From Hemiscyllium ocellatum (Eukaryota): 64,000 nucleotides of DNA. A model generated the notes under the pieces. The model searched no databases and was not told the origin of the DNA. It saw nothing but the letters and a program-made list of their open reading frames with translations. The stretch lies in the NCBI RefSeq assembly GCF_020745735.1, contig NC_083406.1, positions 29,386,255 to 29,450,254 of the forward strand, read 5' to 3'. This document shows positions 12,651 to 25,735 of the stretch, one piece after another. A program made the translations under genes and the position numbers. Position 1 is the first letter of the stretch, and every line of letters starts with the position of its first letter.

Positions 12651-12827
12651 CTGAAGCTTCTCCAGTAGTTCCATGTTTTGTCTCTTAAGCTGACAATTTG
12701 CTCTCTCCAGTTTCTCCAGACGGTCTCCATCATCGTTGGGCAATGAATTCTCCACCATCTCATCTTGCAACACATGGTACTCTACCTCATAGGCATGGAG
12801 CTGCTTGGAAATGTCCATCTCAAACAC
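12651..12827 (-). CDS. TBC1D4: TBC1D4 exon (human exon 20 equivalent), 177 nt: [23 protein letters not shown]...[13 protein letters not shown]
   Basis: Acceptor gtgtgttgtag|GTG, donor CTT CAG|gtaaca; phase 0-0; coiled-coil start. Confidence 0.97.
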
Positions 12828-14776
12828 CTACAACACACCAGAAATGATTCACTGAAAACAGCAAATGAAGGAGACCTGAAGTTACTGCTAGCAGGAGCTG
12901 ATGCTGTCATACAGATTTAAACCTAAATGGGGATTGTGACCTTGTCCCTAGAACTTTGAAACTGTTGAACTGAACATTATCTTTGTACCCTGATGAATAA
13001 TTTAAGATTTGTCTCATCTGTTGACAACAATGATGCAATGCTGGCCAGAAATTGCAGGAAACAGTAATGGCAAGTTCACCATATGCCATCTTAACCAGTG
13101 TGGGAAACAATCTAGCAACAGTATTGAGAACAACATAAGCCTTGAGTCACCAATCAGCACAAGCTGCTGAAGGATCTGTGGTTTTGCTGCTGGACTATTG
13201 ACTCTTGAGGACCAGAAAGAGAACAACTGAAAGAACTGAAGTTGCACAGAGAGAGGGAGTCCATTCAGCCTATCCTGCCTGTCCCAGTTGTTAAGAGATT
13301 ACACAAACAGGGATGAAGAGAGTCGTGCAGGAATTTGAAAAATACAATGATAATTATAAAACGGAAGCATTGTTGGGCAAGGAGCCAATGTAGTTACATA
13401 TACTGAAACCAGATTGGAGTTGGAAGATGCATCTCAAATAGCTTTTCTTAAACACTTTGGAGATTATATCTAGGCAGATAATGCATTGAAGGAGATTGGG
13501 TGGGACGATTTTTAAACTTATGCGGATACATACACAGTTTTGGTTCATATGACATTTCTGGGATATTGGGATTCTGGCACCCTGGTAGCTTTTACTTTCT
13601 CCTCTTTAGTTATATGATTTGAACAAAAAACATCTTTCTTTGTTGTCGGAGCTTAGGGTAAATGAAAGGAAAGATCCTTTTCACACAATCCATGATGCTA
13701 GTTTGTATTGAACAATTTAATTAGTGGAACAGAGTTTCATGTATTTGCTCATATCCTGTACTGCAGACAATAGAGCTGATTGACAGTCAGGGTCTCCCTT
13801 GGGCCATGAGGATCACGTCTAACCTGCTGAAGCACTAGCCAACTACAAAATCATAATAACAGGATCCCGAGCAATACTTTTGATCTCCAATGCTAGTTGC
13901 TAGGCTGGACAAATGTAGAAGGAATAAGAAAACTCTTGAAGTGGAGCACAGCTGTGCTATATAAACACTGTGTAGAAAGTTGTACTTGACATACATTAAG
14001 CAAGCAGTAAAACATACTGAGTAAAATATAAACCACTGTTGAGGGCTACTGTGCTAACAGCATCACTTAGATGTGATCAACAAAGTCATAAACCTTACTC
14101 TCTTCCTGTAACTTGAGGTCAAACACTTTTAAGACTGGTCTGTAAATTACAAGTAACATTAGCTTTACAGCTCCTTTGGACTAATACATAACTATCAATG
14201 GCCTTAAATTATCCCTCTGGATGATTTATAGAAAAGCATAAAGCGCGCCAGGCTGCACTTATGGCCACAGTATCTTTATTATATCAAGGACAGGCAGTGT
14301 GATGATAAAATATTAAATCCCCATGGACATTAGAAAAGCTATTCAGTTTAAAACTTCTACCCACATGCATACAGCTCAGTGATTGCAGTTTGCTGTTTTA
14401 AAAAGGTCAAATACACTTTATATTAATTCTATCATAAACATAGATATTCCATTTGTTCTGATACAAAAGACAGTTTAAATCTGAAAGCTGTTAATTAGTA
14501 AATAACTTTTAAATGCTAAAACTACACAGATAGTGGAACAAAATACGCTAAAAATAATTTTTTTCTTTATTCTTAGTGAAATATGAAAGTGTGACCTTGC
14601 CTAAAACAGGTTAGTATAGATAATCAATATTATATTGATGCAGATATTTGCACTATTAGTGAATTAACTATGAATATCCTCTCTGTGTCTGACCCTTGAC
14701 AAAACTTAGATAGTTTCAAAAAATGCAAATCCAAGCAATTTGAAAAGTTTACAATACTAAGTAATGACATTAGTAC

Positions 14777-14946
14777 CTGAACAATAGTTTTCTCCATCTG
14801 TGTGTGACTCAGATTTGGAATTGTTGACTTTATGAAATCTACGATGGTCTCAAAACTGTCACATTGCAGAATTAATGCCTCGTGACTGCTCATCAGGCTA
14901 AGGGCCACTTTAAATATCACCTCAGTCCCTTGGAGAAACATAATAT
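14777..14946 (-). CDS. TBC1D4: TBC1D4 exon (human exon 19 equivalent), 170 nt: [18 protein letters not shown]...QMEKTIVQ
   Basis: Acceptor ctttttccttttccaaaaaacag|AT ATT, donor GTT CAG|gtacta; phase 1 to 0. Confidence 0.96.
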
Positions 14947-15687
14947 CTGTTTTTTGGAAAAGGAAAAAGAATACAGACCCACAAGTCTTTATGTTAGTCA
15001 GAACATCTCCATTTTCAAGTCCAAATTATTACCTATTTGGTACCATGTGTAGAATTTAAAAAGAATCAATATTATGTTTATGCGACTTTGCAATACTTGA
15101 GTACTCAGACAGGCCAGATCTCCCAACAAGGTCCCAGACAGACATTTAATAAAGCAGCTTACCTGTGAGAATAAATCTGTGCTATATGGCTTTTCAACAG
15201 TGTTAGTCATCAAACATGTCAAGCACTACAATTCAAAGTGGTTCTTAATGTGACTACTGACACTATCCCACAGCATGGCAAGCTTTGGACCTGTAGTCAT
15301 AATTACTGTTTTAATCAGCTCTCTAGAACAACTGTCAAATGGAGGTTCCCAAATCTATTGATATCTCAAAGTTTATCATAAATATTTTCACAGTTTGCAG
15401 GCAGCGCAAATATTTCAGCACTCATTGTACAGAGTGAAGCCTGCCAAGTAACTACAACCAACCTAAATTTGTTAGTCACTCTCATTGGGAAAAGGTACTG
15501 CTTTTGTCACCATAGTTACCATTATCCCATACTCAACCACCCTCCTCAAGCCTTCTTCAAGAAATGGCTGCATATGCGGAATGCAAAGCAGACTAAAAAT
15601 TGAAATCATATGTAAATTTTGCTTTTCAACATTCTACCTATTCCTGATGTGTAGAATCAAATTAAATCAGATATCGAAATTAAAATA

Positions 15688-15950
15688 TCGGGCGACTGAC
15701 TATGTGGAGTTTACACATTCTCCCCCTGTCTGCATGGGTTTCCTTTGAGTGCTCCCATTTCCTCCCACAGTCCAAAGATGCGCAGATTAGGCAGATTGAC
15801 GATGGTAAATTGTCCAAAGTGTCCAGGGATGTGCAGGCTAGGTGGGTTAGCCATGGGAAATGCAGGGTGATAGATGAAAGGGTAGGATTGAGTTGGATGC
15901 TTTTTGGAGGGTCAGAGTGGACTTGATGGGCCAAATGGCCTGCTTCCCCT
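15688..15950 (+). mobile_element. HE1-type V-SINE, 5'-truncated
   Basis: V-domain gtggagtttacacattctccccctgtctgcatgggtttcc. Confidence 0.85.
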
Positions 15951-16224
15951 GCAGGCGTCCTTTGAAAACAGACTTTTCTTAAAATAAAGCTGCTCCCTCC
16001 AGTTTTCCTGTTTAGCAGAAGGTAAGAGTCAAGAATGGGAGTAATGTTCATTTTCTGTTCTCACCATGAGACGAAGTGCTCTAAGGTCAAGGAGAGATCA
16101 TTGCAGGGCAATAGCCTTTAAAATCTGCAAAAACCATTTGACTAAGTCACAAACCTGGAAGGACTAATGCAACATCAGATTTGTTTCTTCCACCCATGTA
16201 CCATTAAAGAGCTTACATGTAGGT

Positions 16225-16545
16225 GTGACTCAGCAATAGTGGTCTTCCCTCTGAGTCAGTCTGATGTCAGTTCACATCCTTCTCCAAAGACATAACTACA
16301 GGATGACACTTCAACGTATTACTGAATGACAGCTGTACTATTGAAAGTTCGATTTTCCAGATAACAAAGCTAAACCAAGGTTCTGTCTGCTCATTTCAGT
16401 GATGTAAAAGTTGTCACTATTTTACAGGACAGCAAATTGGTTTTCCCTGGTTCCTTGGTCATCACTGCAACAGATCATCAGATTACTACTAGATCACAGA
16501 TTGTGGAATCCTGCTATGTGGAAATTAGCTGCTGCATCACAGCAA
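16225..16545 (+). mobile_element. DeuSINE (SacSINE1/AmnSINE-like), decayed
   Basis: ctctgagtcag head and Deu-domain-like taaaccaaggttctgtctgc...gatgtaaaag; reverse of 40820-41235. Confidence 0.6.
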
Positions 16546-16599
16546 TAAGGGCATGTCAAAAGTATCACTGACTGCAGATCTAGGATGTCTACCAAGGCA

Positions 16600-17460
16600 G
16601 ACTTGACTAAAGAGTTTAAGGTGAAGTAATCCTTCAGGGGCAGCAAGCATAATTTGATAAAGTTCACTCTACAGGTTGAGAGGGAGAAGCTGAGATCAGG
16701 CATAATGGTATTGCTGTTGAATAAAGGTAATTACAAAGGGATGAGGGAGAAGCTGGCCAGAGTTAACTGGAAGGGAAGCCTAGCAGGGAAGATGGTGGAC
16801 CAGCAGTGGCAGGAATTTCTGGGGTAATTCAGGATTCACATCAGAAATTCATCCCAATGAAGAAGAAATATACTAATGGGAGGACAAGGTAACCATGGCT
16901 GACAACAGAAATTAGGGACAGCATAAAAGCAACAGAAAAGGCATTACAATGTGATGAAGATTAGTGGGAAGCTTTTAAAAAGCAGCAAAGATAACTAAAA
17001 GAAAACTGAAATGGAAGAAGATGAAATATGAGGTTGCTATTAAGTAATATAAAAGAAGATGGCAAGAATTATTTTTAGATATATAAAAGGTAAGAGAGAG
17101 GCAAGGCTGGACTTTGGACTGCCGGAAAAAGAGGCTGGAGTGGAAGTAATGGGGAACAAATAAATGGCAGAGGAACTGAATTGGTACTTTGTGTGAGATT
17201 TCACAGTGGAAGACACGGGCAGCACACCAGAAGTACAAGAGAGGCAGGGGACAGAGGTGAGCGTGGTGGCCATCAATAAGGAGAAGGTGCTGGGGAAGCT
17301 GAAAAGTCTAAAGGCAGATAAATCATCCAGACCAGATTTATTACACGTCAGAGCTCTGAAGAAGGTACTGAGGAGACTAGAGGCATTGGCTTTCAGGAAT
17401 CACTGGAGTCAGGGAGGGTCCCAGATGACTGTAAAGTGGCTAATGTAACACCCCTTTTAA
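16600..17460 (+). mobile_element. CR1 ORF2 fragment (endonuclease-RT linker)
   Basis: EKVLGKLKSLKADKSSRPD.LH.R.LK, followed by WLM/ANVTP-type sequence. Confidence 0.8.
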
Positions 17461-17699
17461 GGTCTGCATTGCCATTATATAGAATTACAAAGTTTAAATA
17501 GATTTTAATATAACAGAATTAAAACAGCACTGATTTATTGCGAGATCACAAGATTTCTATCATTACCATTTATCTATTGGGGAATAATTAGATCTTTAAG
17601 GAAAATTGAACCACAGCATTGAGATGTGACAGATTTAAAATAGTCTTCATGTGAAAAGAATAGTCATATTAAATGGAAATGGGAAGATAAATAATATAG

Positions 17700-20600
17700 C
17701 CATCAAAATTTAATGTCAGAGAAGATTAAACAGAATTTGGGATTAGACATCTTGGAGAAGACTGTTCTTGGGATTGAGAATTGTTTCAAGATTAAATACT
17801 AAATCTCAACCTAAATAAGTAAATACACTTTAGATTCAGTAGATGCTACTACAAGATTATAAATTTCCTAAATATAAAAGAAGGCACTGGTACTTTTGAT
17901 GAAGTTCTATCAGCTTTTATTACTTCAATCTCACACCAAATACATTGCCAAATGAGCAAGATTTAACAGAAGGTACACCATCCAAAGGAATTGGTAGATT
18001 ATTTAACTAATGATTTCTACAGATTAATAAAAGCCCGTTACATTGGAACTTTAAAAACAGGATATAAATAGACACATTTGTTGTCTAACTTATTGAAAAG
18101 TCCTTGTTAGAGTTAATGCATCCAAAGAATATTTGACTTTGGAGAAAACTATTCAAGTTATGATAGAATGTTACAAGCAGCAGCCAGGAGGACTCACAGG
18201 TATATTCCGAGATATGTAGACAACCTTGCCACAGGACACCAATTAAACCTATCCAGTTTTAAGATATAGACATTTTACTGATAAATGTAACAAACCAACA
18301 CAAAGAATACACCAGTCAGTGGATATAAAGAGTCAGTGTTAGTGCTGTGGAACAAGAAAGCCATATTAGTATAATCCGTGCCCAACTATGACACAGTAGT
18401 GTATAACTATAGGTCATTTCCAGAAGATGGACAGAGGTAAAATACAATTTCAGAGCAGCCAAAGTGACAGGAGTTACTCAAGCAAACAGATGAACAGAGT
18501 ATAATAATTATCATTGGAAAGATACCTGAGGCATTCCTAAGGGAAATTAGTGATACAACTGCTTCAAACTAGACAGGGCTGGTGTATGTAAAGGACATCA
18601 GTTAGGTTTAAGCTTGGTACAGGTACGAATATCACAGTTCCGTCAGATCAAATGCTATGTCTGAAGAAACATAAGTTGCAGCTTATGAAGATAGCACTAC
18701 ATGCTCCACGGTGGAAGAATTCTCAAGAGCAAAGGAATGTTACTAGTCCTACCACAACACAAAGAACCTAAGAGAGTTGAAAACGTGCATGCACAATCAA
18801 CAGCTCCCACTTCTGAGTCTGTATGCATGACTTGACCTCAACATCCTTAAGACAGCAGAAGGAGTTCAACCAGCTCCAACAGAACAAAAGATTTAGAAAC
18901 AAACTACTAATGACCAGTTCATGCAATTTGTAGAAGGTTTCCTTGGACTTTCTAGGATTATGGCGGAACCCAAGAAGAAAGAATTTATTGAAATTACCTA
19001 CATTGGCATAAGAACTGATAGGATTCAGAAAAGATTTACAAGGATGTTGCTAGGGTTGGAGGGTTTGACCTATAGGGAGAGGCTAAATAGGCTGGGGCTG
19101 TTTTCTCAGTCAGAGGCTGAGGGGTGACCTTATAGAGATTTATAAAATCATGAGGTGCATGGCTGGGGTGGATCATCAAAGTCTTTTTCTCCACTGTGAG
19201 GGGAATCCAAAACACAAGGGTATTGGTTTCGGGAAAAATTTAAAAGAGACCGAACGGGCAACCTTTTCACACAGAAAGTATAAAATAAGCTGCCAGAGGA
19301 AGTGGTGGAGACTGGTACAATTACAACATTTAAAAGGCATCTGTGTGGGTATATGAATAGGAAGGGTTTCGAGGGATGTGTGTCATGTGCTGGCAAATGG
19401 GATGAGATTAGTTTCGGATATCTGGTCAGTGTGAATGAGTTGGACCTGTTTCTGAGGTGTACATCTCAATGACTCCATGACTCTCAGAGAATTATTACAG
19501 GTAACAGGAAGGAATTCACTGCTTTTATAATTGTGGAAATATTTGCTATTCTAATCAGCACCAAAAACAGAGAAGAAGACATAAAGAACCAAAGTTTTCC
19601 AAATGAAGCAAATACTCAGAACAAAAATGAACGGTACAACTGACTTGAGAGTTCACTGATGAATCTCTAACTGAAGTAATTTTAAAAAGCACAATTGTTT
19701 TCTACACAGAATAAATCAGCAAATTTGACTTTGATGTAAGATGATAAGACAACATAAGCTGAAGAACAACTTTTCAATCCTTTGTCTTTCGAAGAAGAAT
19801 TATCAGTACCAGTGACAACAGTATTACTAAAATACACAAACACCTACTAGCACCATGACAAAGAATTTGAAAATGTCTAGTTCACCAGGACATCCAGAGA
19901 ATGCAACTGAAAACATCCAACCCACTGAATGAGTTGAAGTAGAGAGCTTCAATACTTCAACACAGACCTATCAGCAGATTAAATATAAAGATTTCTAGAA
20001 TAAAATGGGGATGAGATACATGCAACCTTATGGAAGCCAGACCAAATTCCATAACTTCCAAGACATGGTCAAAAGGAAGAAATTGCTAGTCTGAAAATCC
20101 AGGCTTCTGTGAAAATGAAAATACCTACTAAAGTAGAGTAACTGTCTTCTATGATATGCAGTCACAAGATAAAGAGTTCTCCTAATGAAGTTCTGAGACA
20201 ACTACCTGAGTTAGCAGGAAAATGTTCACTTGTAAAGGGAATTTCTGGAGATTAATGTTCCTCTAGACATGGTCCTGAATGAAGGGACCAATGGGTTTTG
20301 CGAGGAATAGTTTAAAAGAGACAAGAATCATCAAACAGATTTTGATGCAAAGACCCATGAATCTTCTCCAATCAAACAGAGTTAATCCCAGAAGAATTGT
20401 GAAACCTCGGGTGTCCGAATGTGTGAAGTCAGAGACTGGTGAAGAGGTGGAGTAATATTGAATGCCTAAATTTATAAGTATGGGTAAGTATAACAAAAGG
20501 AAAAAATACCTAGTGGGAGATAAGGTAATAGTTCTGAAAGTGTTAATGTCAAAAGTACTTTAAGCTCCACCTAATTTGATGATGTCATACAATCTGTAGG

Positions 20601-20800
20601 TGAAGAAGAGCCAGACTAGCACAAGGTCCTGATGGAGACAGACGTCATCACTGACACTTGATCATTTTTGTAACGATGCCAAACTTGCCTATGTAACGTA
20701 TACATATTGCTATCACACTGTAATCTATACTTTGTTGTTCAGACAAGTGCTTCATCTCATTAAAACTCAATGGTGGTTTACCTTTTATCATTGCTAATTA
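17700..20800 (+). mobile_element. Highly decayed Gypsy-type LTR retrotransposon (gag-protease remnants), interrupted by a CR1
   Basis: Gag-like ARFNRR / FYRL / LTLEKTIQ at about 17955-18160, Zn-knuckle remnant GHFQK at about 18410, protease-like VRFKLGTGTNITV at 18601-18639. Right boundary uncertain. Confidence 0.6.
19015..19485 (+). mobile_element. CR1 LINE 3' end
   Basis: [29 protein letters not shown] and the HER1-type tail. Confidence 0.88.
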
Positions 20801-21307
20801 GATAAACCTCAGAATTAGTGGAGCAAGATGGAAAAGGGCTTCTGTGAAGCAGCAGCAATGTCTCTAACTCTGGGTCAGGAGACCCAGAATCAAGTCCCAC
20901 CTGCTCCAACCCTTTAGACACTGGATAGATTAAAAATATCTAGAAAGAAGGATTGGTGGCAGCTTTCCATACTAACAAGCAGCAGTAATGATCCTACAGC
21001 GTATGAGATAATAATCAGTTCAGCCATGATTTTATTAAATAGCAGTTCAGGCTCAAGAGGGCATATAGTCTACTCCTAATCCTAATCTGTATGCTTGTAT
21101 GATGGTTATGTATTTGAATGAGGGCATTTATAATAATTTTCATTCAGGTGATTGAGTGGAGTCTACACCCAGAGATGGTACATGGCCTTTGCAAAAACTG
21201 AAGTTGATTGGCTAACCCTATCCAAGACTGATGGTGCTCAAGGAAAGCATTACCTAAGCTCTTTTGTATGCTAGCGATAGAATTCAGAACATGAAGCTCA
21301 CACTTAC

Positions 21308-21467
21308 CAAAGACTCTGGCGACAAATCCCAGTGGGAACTGGGAGGCGAAAAAGGTGAGGAACCACGGGGCTGCGTAGAGGCTGGGGCTGACCTCATTGT
21401 CTTCAAGGTGGTTGTACAAATCCCGGTGATAGTCATGTAGAAGTCTTGACAGCTGGTACATCTGAAT
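21308..21467 (-). CDS. TBC1D4: TBC1D4 exon (human exon 18 equivalent), 160 nt: [53 protein letters not shown]
   Basis: Acceptor gtcctttgggcag|ATT, donor TTT G|gtaagt; phase 0 to 1. Confidence 0.97.
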
Positions 21468-24400
21468 CTGCCCAAAGGACAAAGTGCAATCAGTATTTCT
21501 GCAGCAGACAGCACACACACATTTTGCTGTTATTCTGTGCTGAGCAGACATACAGGCTCACAAACCTAAACACACAATCCAACCACAAAGCACCATTTAA
21601 TATATAAATATTTTCTCAGTCACAATAAAAAAATTCTTTGAAGAGAGATGATCATGAAATCTGAGGGTGTTCTGCTAAATCCCTTGAGGTTCCCGAACTG
21701 TCTTTTAATCATTAGATGTCTTTGGTAATGCACTACAGCTTTAAACATAATTATTAAAACTCCACAGTTTCACTGAAAAATACACAATGGATTAATTTTT
21801 GCACAGTTCAGGTGCAATAAATAATAAAGACATAAGATATAATTCTACAATAGAATAGTACTTCACTGTCTATATATCCACGCAAAAATATTTATCCACA
21901 TACTGTACATACATCTCCTGCTCAAAAGGCGTGACTAATCCCATAATCAGGAAGTACAGGAGGGTACTTAAGGGAGATTCAGCAGAATGGCTCCATGGAT
22001 AAGAGATTTAACCTGCAAGGTCACGTTGGAGAAGCTGAGGTCTTCCTTCTTGCAGTAAAGAGTTTTGAGGTAAGAATTGGATATGGATGTAGATTATTGC
22101 ATGTTTAGATAAAGTAGACATTGGCTGTAGAATGTCCTGAGATTGTATAAAGTTATAAATTGCTAATCTCTTTCTTTCGATGAAATGAACTGTGTCAGAC
22201 TTTGCAGATTTCACTAAATCAGGAAGAGGGATTAAAAGGAAGAATGAATTCAGATAAGAATTATGAAAGACTGCAGTGATAGATAAGCCAGAAGGATGAG
22301 TGTTCCAGTGACAGATGTAGTTTTGCACAGAGCAATGTGAAGCACATGTTTGGAGTGAAGCAGTATATCCTAAATGGTAATGCTGAAATTGGAGCAGTGG
22401 AGACCTACAATATATAGAAAGAGATTATTCAGAAAATCACAGAATTATGAAGGTGCAGAAAAAAATCATTTAGCCCATCTTAGCAAAGATGAGAGAACTC
22501 ACCAATAATATACACAAAGGCAGAAGATGAATATGGATAATACCTATGATCAAAACAGTAGCCCCTGTGTCAAGTTTTGGGTTCCATTACAGAAAATTTA
22601 TTAAAGCATGGTAGAATTGCAGTGCAGGTGTGTTATTATGCTAAAAATGTTCACTGCTTTACAAAGGAAGATGTGGGACATTTAGTTGTTTTTAGTGAAA
22701 ATGATGAACCTAACCGATATGGGTGCTTGAGTTAACTTAATATGAGTACTAAACATGAATATCAACAAGCCTGAGACCCAAGTATAAACATCTAACAAAT
22801 TACTTTGGGCTCTCCAGATCATTTAAACAGCAGCTTGTTTTGTACCACATCCAAACACACAAAAACTTTTGAAAATTAGGCAGGCATCAAACCAAGATGC
22901 GCTACAAGTTGGTTCTTCATAACTAACTTGGACCATTCACACCTCCCTTTCCCTAGATGAACACAACTGAGGAGCATGCTAAACCCCAATAATAAATCTG
23001 AAAAACCGAGCGAACAGGACTCCTAGAGGCTGATCTGGAAAGCTGAGCTATGTAGTATGAGACAGGCATCAGGCTGACTGTAAAATCTACTTCTGCTGTA
23101 GCTCATCTCAGCTTTCGCCAGTCATCAGTTCAGGAAGAGATGAACTAAAGCTGGCAGCAATAATCAGAGGTGGCAAGTTCAAGCTACAGCAGTGAAATTA
23201 TTGATGTGTGTGCAAATTATCAAACAAATGAGTCCCAACGTTTAAAATGCTGTGGGTCACGTAGGTCCTATTCTAATTCCATACAGAATCTGAAGCAGGA
23301 CTATCTGTCTCCTTTACTCCTATTCACTAGTGTTTCACAAAACGTGCCTGATAAATAACCTCCTGTCGTTACTGAATAGAAATAGTCTTTTAACAATTCT
23401 AGCCCCATGTATCACCCCATTGCATTACATATCAGAAAACAAAAGATAATCTGTTGTCCATTTTAACCCCTGTCCAAAGGGAGCAGAAGACATGAGAAAT
23501 CTAATCTTAACCACCAGACCTAATTTTTGATCAAGAGATCAGTTAGAAGCAGTTGTTCAATAAGTAGGATCAGACCAATCAAAAGGTGCTGCTGTTGTTC
23601 AGAACAATTGTTCTCCAGTTTAATGGTTAGCAAATACAGGAACAGGTCAGAAACTGGAAATTCTGCAGCAGGCAACTCAGTTCCTTAATCCTTAAAGCCT
23701 ATCAGCCAACTTCAAGTCAAAAGTGTGATGGAATATTCCCCAGTTGCTTGGTTGAGTGTGGCTCCAATAACATTTGAGAAGCTTGACACGATGCAGGCAA
23801 CTTGCTTCATGAGACCTCATCTGCCACCCGAAATATACTACTATTATTCCACAGCCGCAAGTGTGTACCACCTACAACATGCACAGTCGTAACTCACCAA
23901 GGTACCATCAACAGCATCTTCCAACCAGCAATTTCTATTAGCTAGGGCAAGATGAACAGATGCAAGAGAACAACAGCATCTCCACGTTCCCTCTAAAGCC
24001 ACATACCAGCAGTCCACAAGGAAGGACAGGTCAGCAGATACACATCAACACCATTAAATACAAATTCCCCGCCAAACCAAACACCATCCTGACTTTGAAC
24101 TATAAGGCCGTTCCTTTAGTATCACTGGGTTATTATCTTGAAATTCCCTCCCTAATAGCATTGAGTATCTACCCTCATCAAATAGATTGCAACTGTTTAA
24201 GAAAGTGGCTCATTTCCACCTTTTCAAGTGTAATTAGGAATGCTGAGCACTCACATCCCAGAAGTTAACAAAATAGTTGTTGGGGGTAGGAGAGAGGTGG
24301 AGTTTGGGAAGGCCAGGATAGTCTCTAAACAAGAGCAGGCAAACAATTTTTGATTCTAACCTAACCAGTTTTATTATATTTTATGTAAGTATTTAATAAA

Positions 24401-24479
24401 TGGATAAAGGATACCAGTCAATCTTCCACGTTACCCTTTATAGTATAAACTGTTATGTTCAATCTTTGTGTAAATATTT

Positions 24480-25735
24480 GTAGCTCAGGTACCAGTTGCA
24501 GTTATTATTGATATGTTCATCGAGCTGGCAAGTTGGTTTACAGATATTTTGTCCCCTTTATAGGTAACATCCTTAGGGTTGTGGAGCCTCCTGTGAAGCG
24601 CTGCTGTCCTGTGTTGGTTGGAATTTATTTGGTTTTATTCCTGCAGCTTCTGGCTGCCAGTTCCGATGTGGACATGCCACGATCCAACACACTAACCACA
24701 TTACCTTATATAAAAGTCAATGCAGACAGTCAATTCTTATATCATTTTATAAGTTTCTACTTTGGAAATAGAACCAGTCTGACTCAAGATTGGGATACAG
24801 ACAGACTCTAACCTCACACCTTCAATGCATTGTCTGAGCTGAGCTATCACCATTTTTATAAAACCTTATGTTATCTCGAGAATGTGACCTAAAAGAAGTT
24901 CTGGGATTTAAAAATAAATGAAATGAAATCTGCAACCCATTCTAAAAGATGGAAGACTTAACAGCAATCTAGGTTTGTTCAATATATCATGTTAGTTGCA
25001 TGACTCAGTGATGTTTTGCTATAAATTCTGTGTCTTATGATTCTGCCCCACTAGTTACCTGATGAAGGAGCAGCGCTCTGAAAGCTAGTACTTCCAAATA
25101 AACCTAGTGGACTACAACCTGGAGTTGTGTGATTTTTAACTTAATATTAAAAAAGTCACAGAACTGACAGGCAGACTCCTCCAACCACTTGGATTTATGA
25201 CAGCACATAAATCGATAGCCACACTCAGACAAGAACTCACCAAAACAAAAGACTCAATATCCATCATGTGTGCAACAAACATGGTGTACAAGATTCCATC
25301 CAGGGATTGCACAAAACACTATATAGAACAAACTGGCAGACAACTAGCAATCCGCATTCACGAACATCAACTAGCCACTAAACGACAAGACCAGCTGTCC
25401 CTAGTAGCTAAAAATGACAAGGACCACAAATTTGACTGGGACAACACAACAATAACAGGCCAAGCCCAACAGAGGACAGCCAGAGAATTTCTAGAAGCAT
25501 AGCACTCAACCACGGACTCCATCAACAAACACATTGACCTATACCCAATGTACTGACCACTGCAACAAACAACTGGAACTGGCAACCAGAAGCAGTGGGA
25601 ATGAAACCAAATTAATTCCAACTGACACAGGACAGCTTCATAGGAGAGTCCACAGCACTGAGGATGCCACCTAGAAAAGGAAAGAAACATCTACAAACTA
25701 ACCTCCCAACTAAGCAAACACACCCACAACAACTG
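24480..25735 (+). mobile_element. Second Penelope lineage: GIY-YIG C-terminus and 3' end, preceded by an inverted 3' end (about 24480-24665)
   Basis: TLPYIK...VYKIPSRDCTKHYIEQTGRQLAIRIHEH...REFLEA (ORF 25197..25502). Decayed hammerheads at about 25655-25694 (+) and about 24540-24578 (-). Confidence 0.85.
24720..25142 (+). mobile_element. Non-coding 3' end of a third PLE-type family nested in the element above; hammerhead at 25056-25090
   Basis: Interrupts the host ORF at TLPYIK, with an imperfect tat(t)aaaa(aa)gtca duplication. Contains TAC CTGATGA A GGAGC AGC GCTCT GAAAGCTA GTA. Confidence 0.7.

Noticed and set aside
23041-23113. Imperfect hairpin agctgagcta ... tagctcatctcagct
   Set aside because: Short, irregular pairing and no recognisable miRNA.
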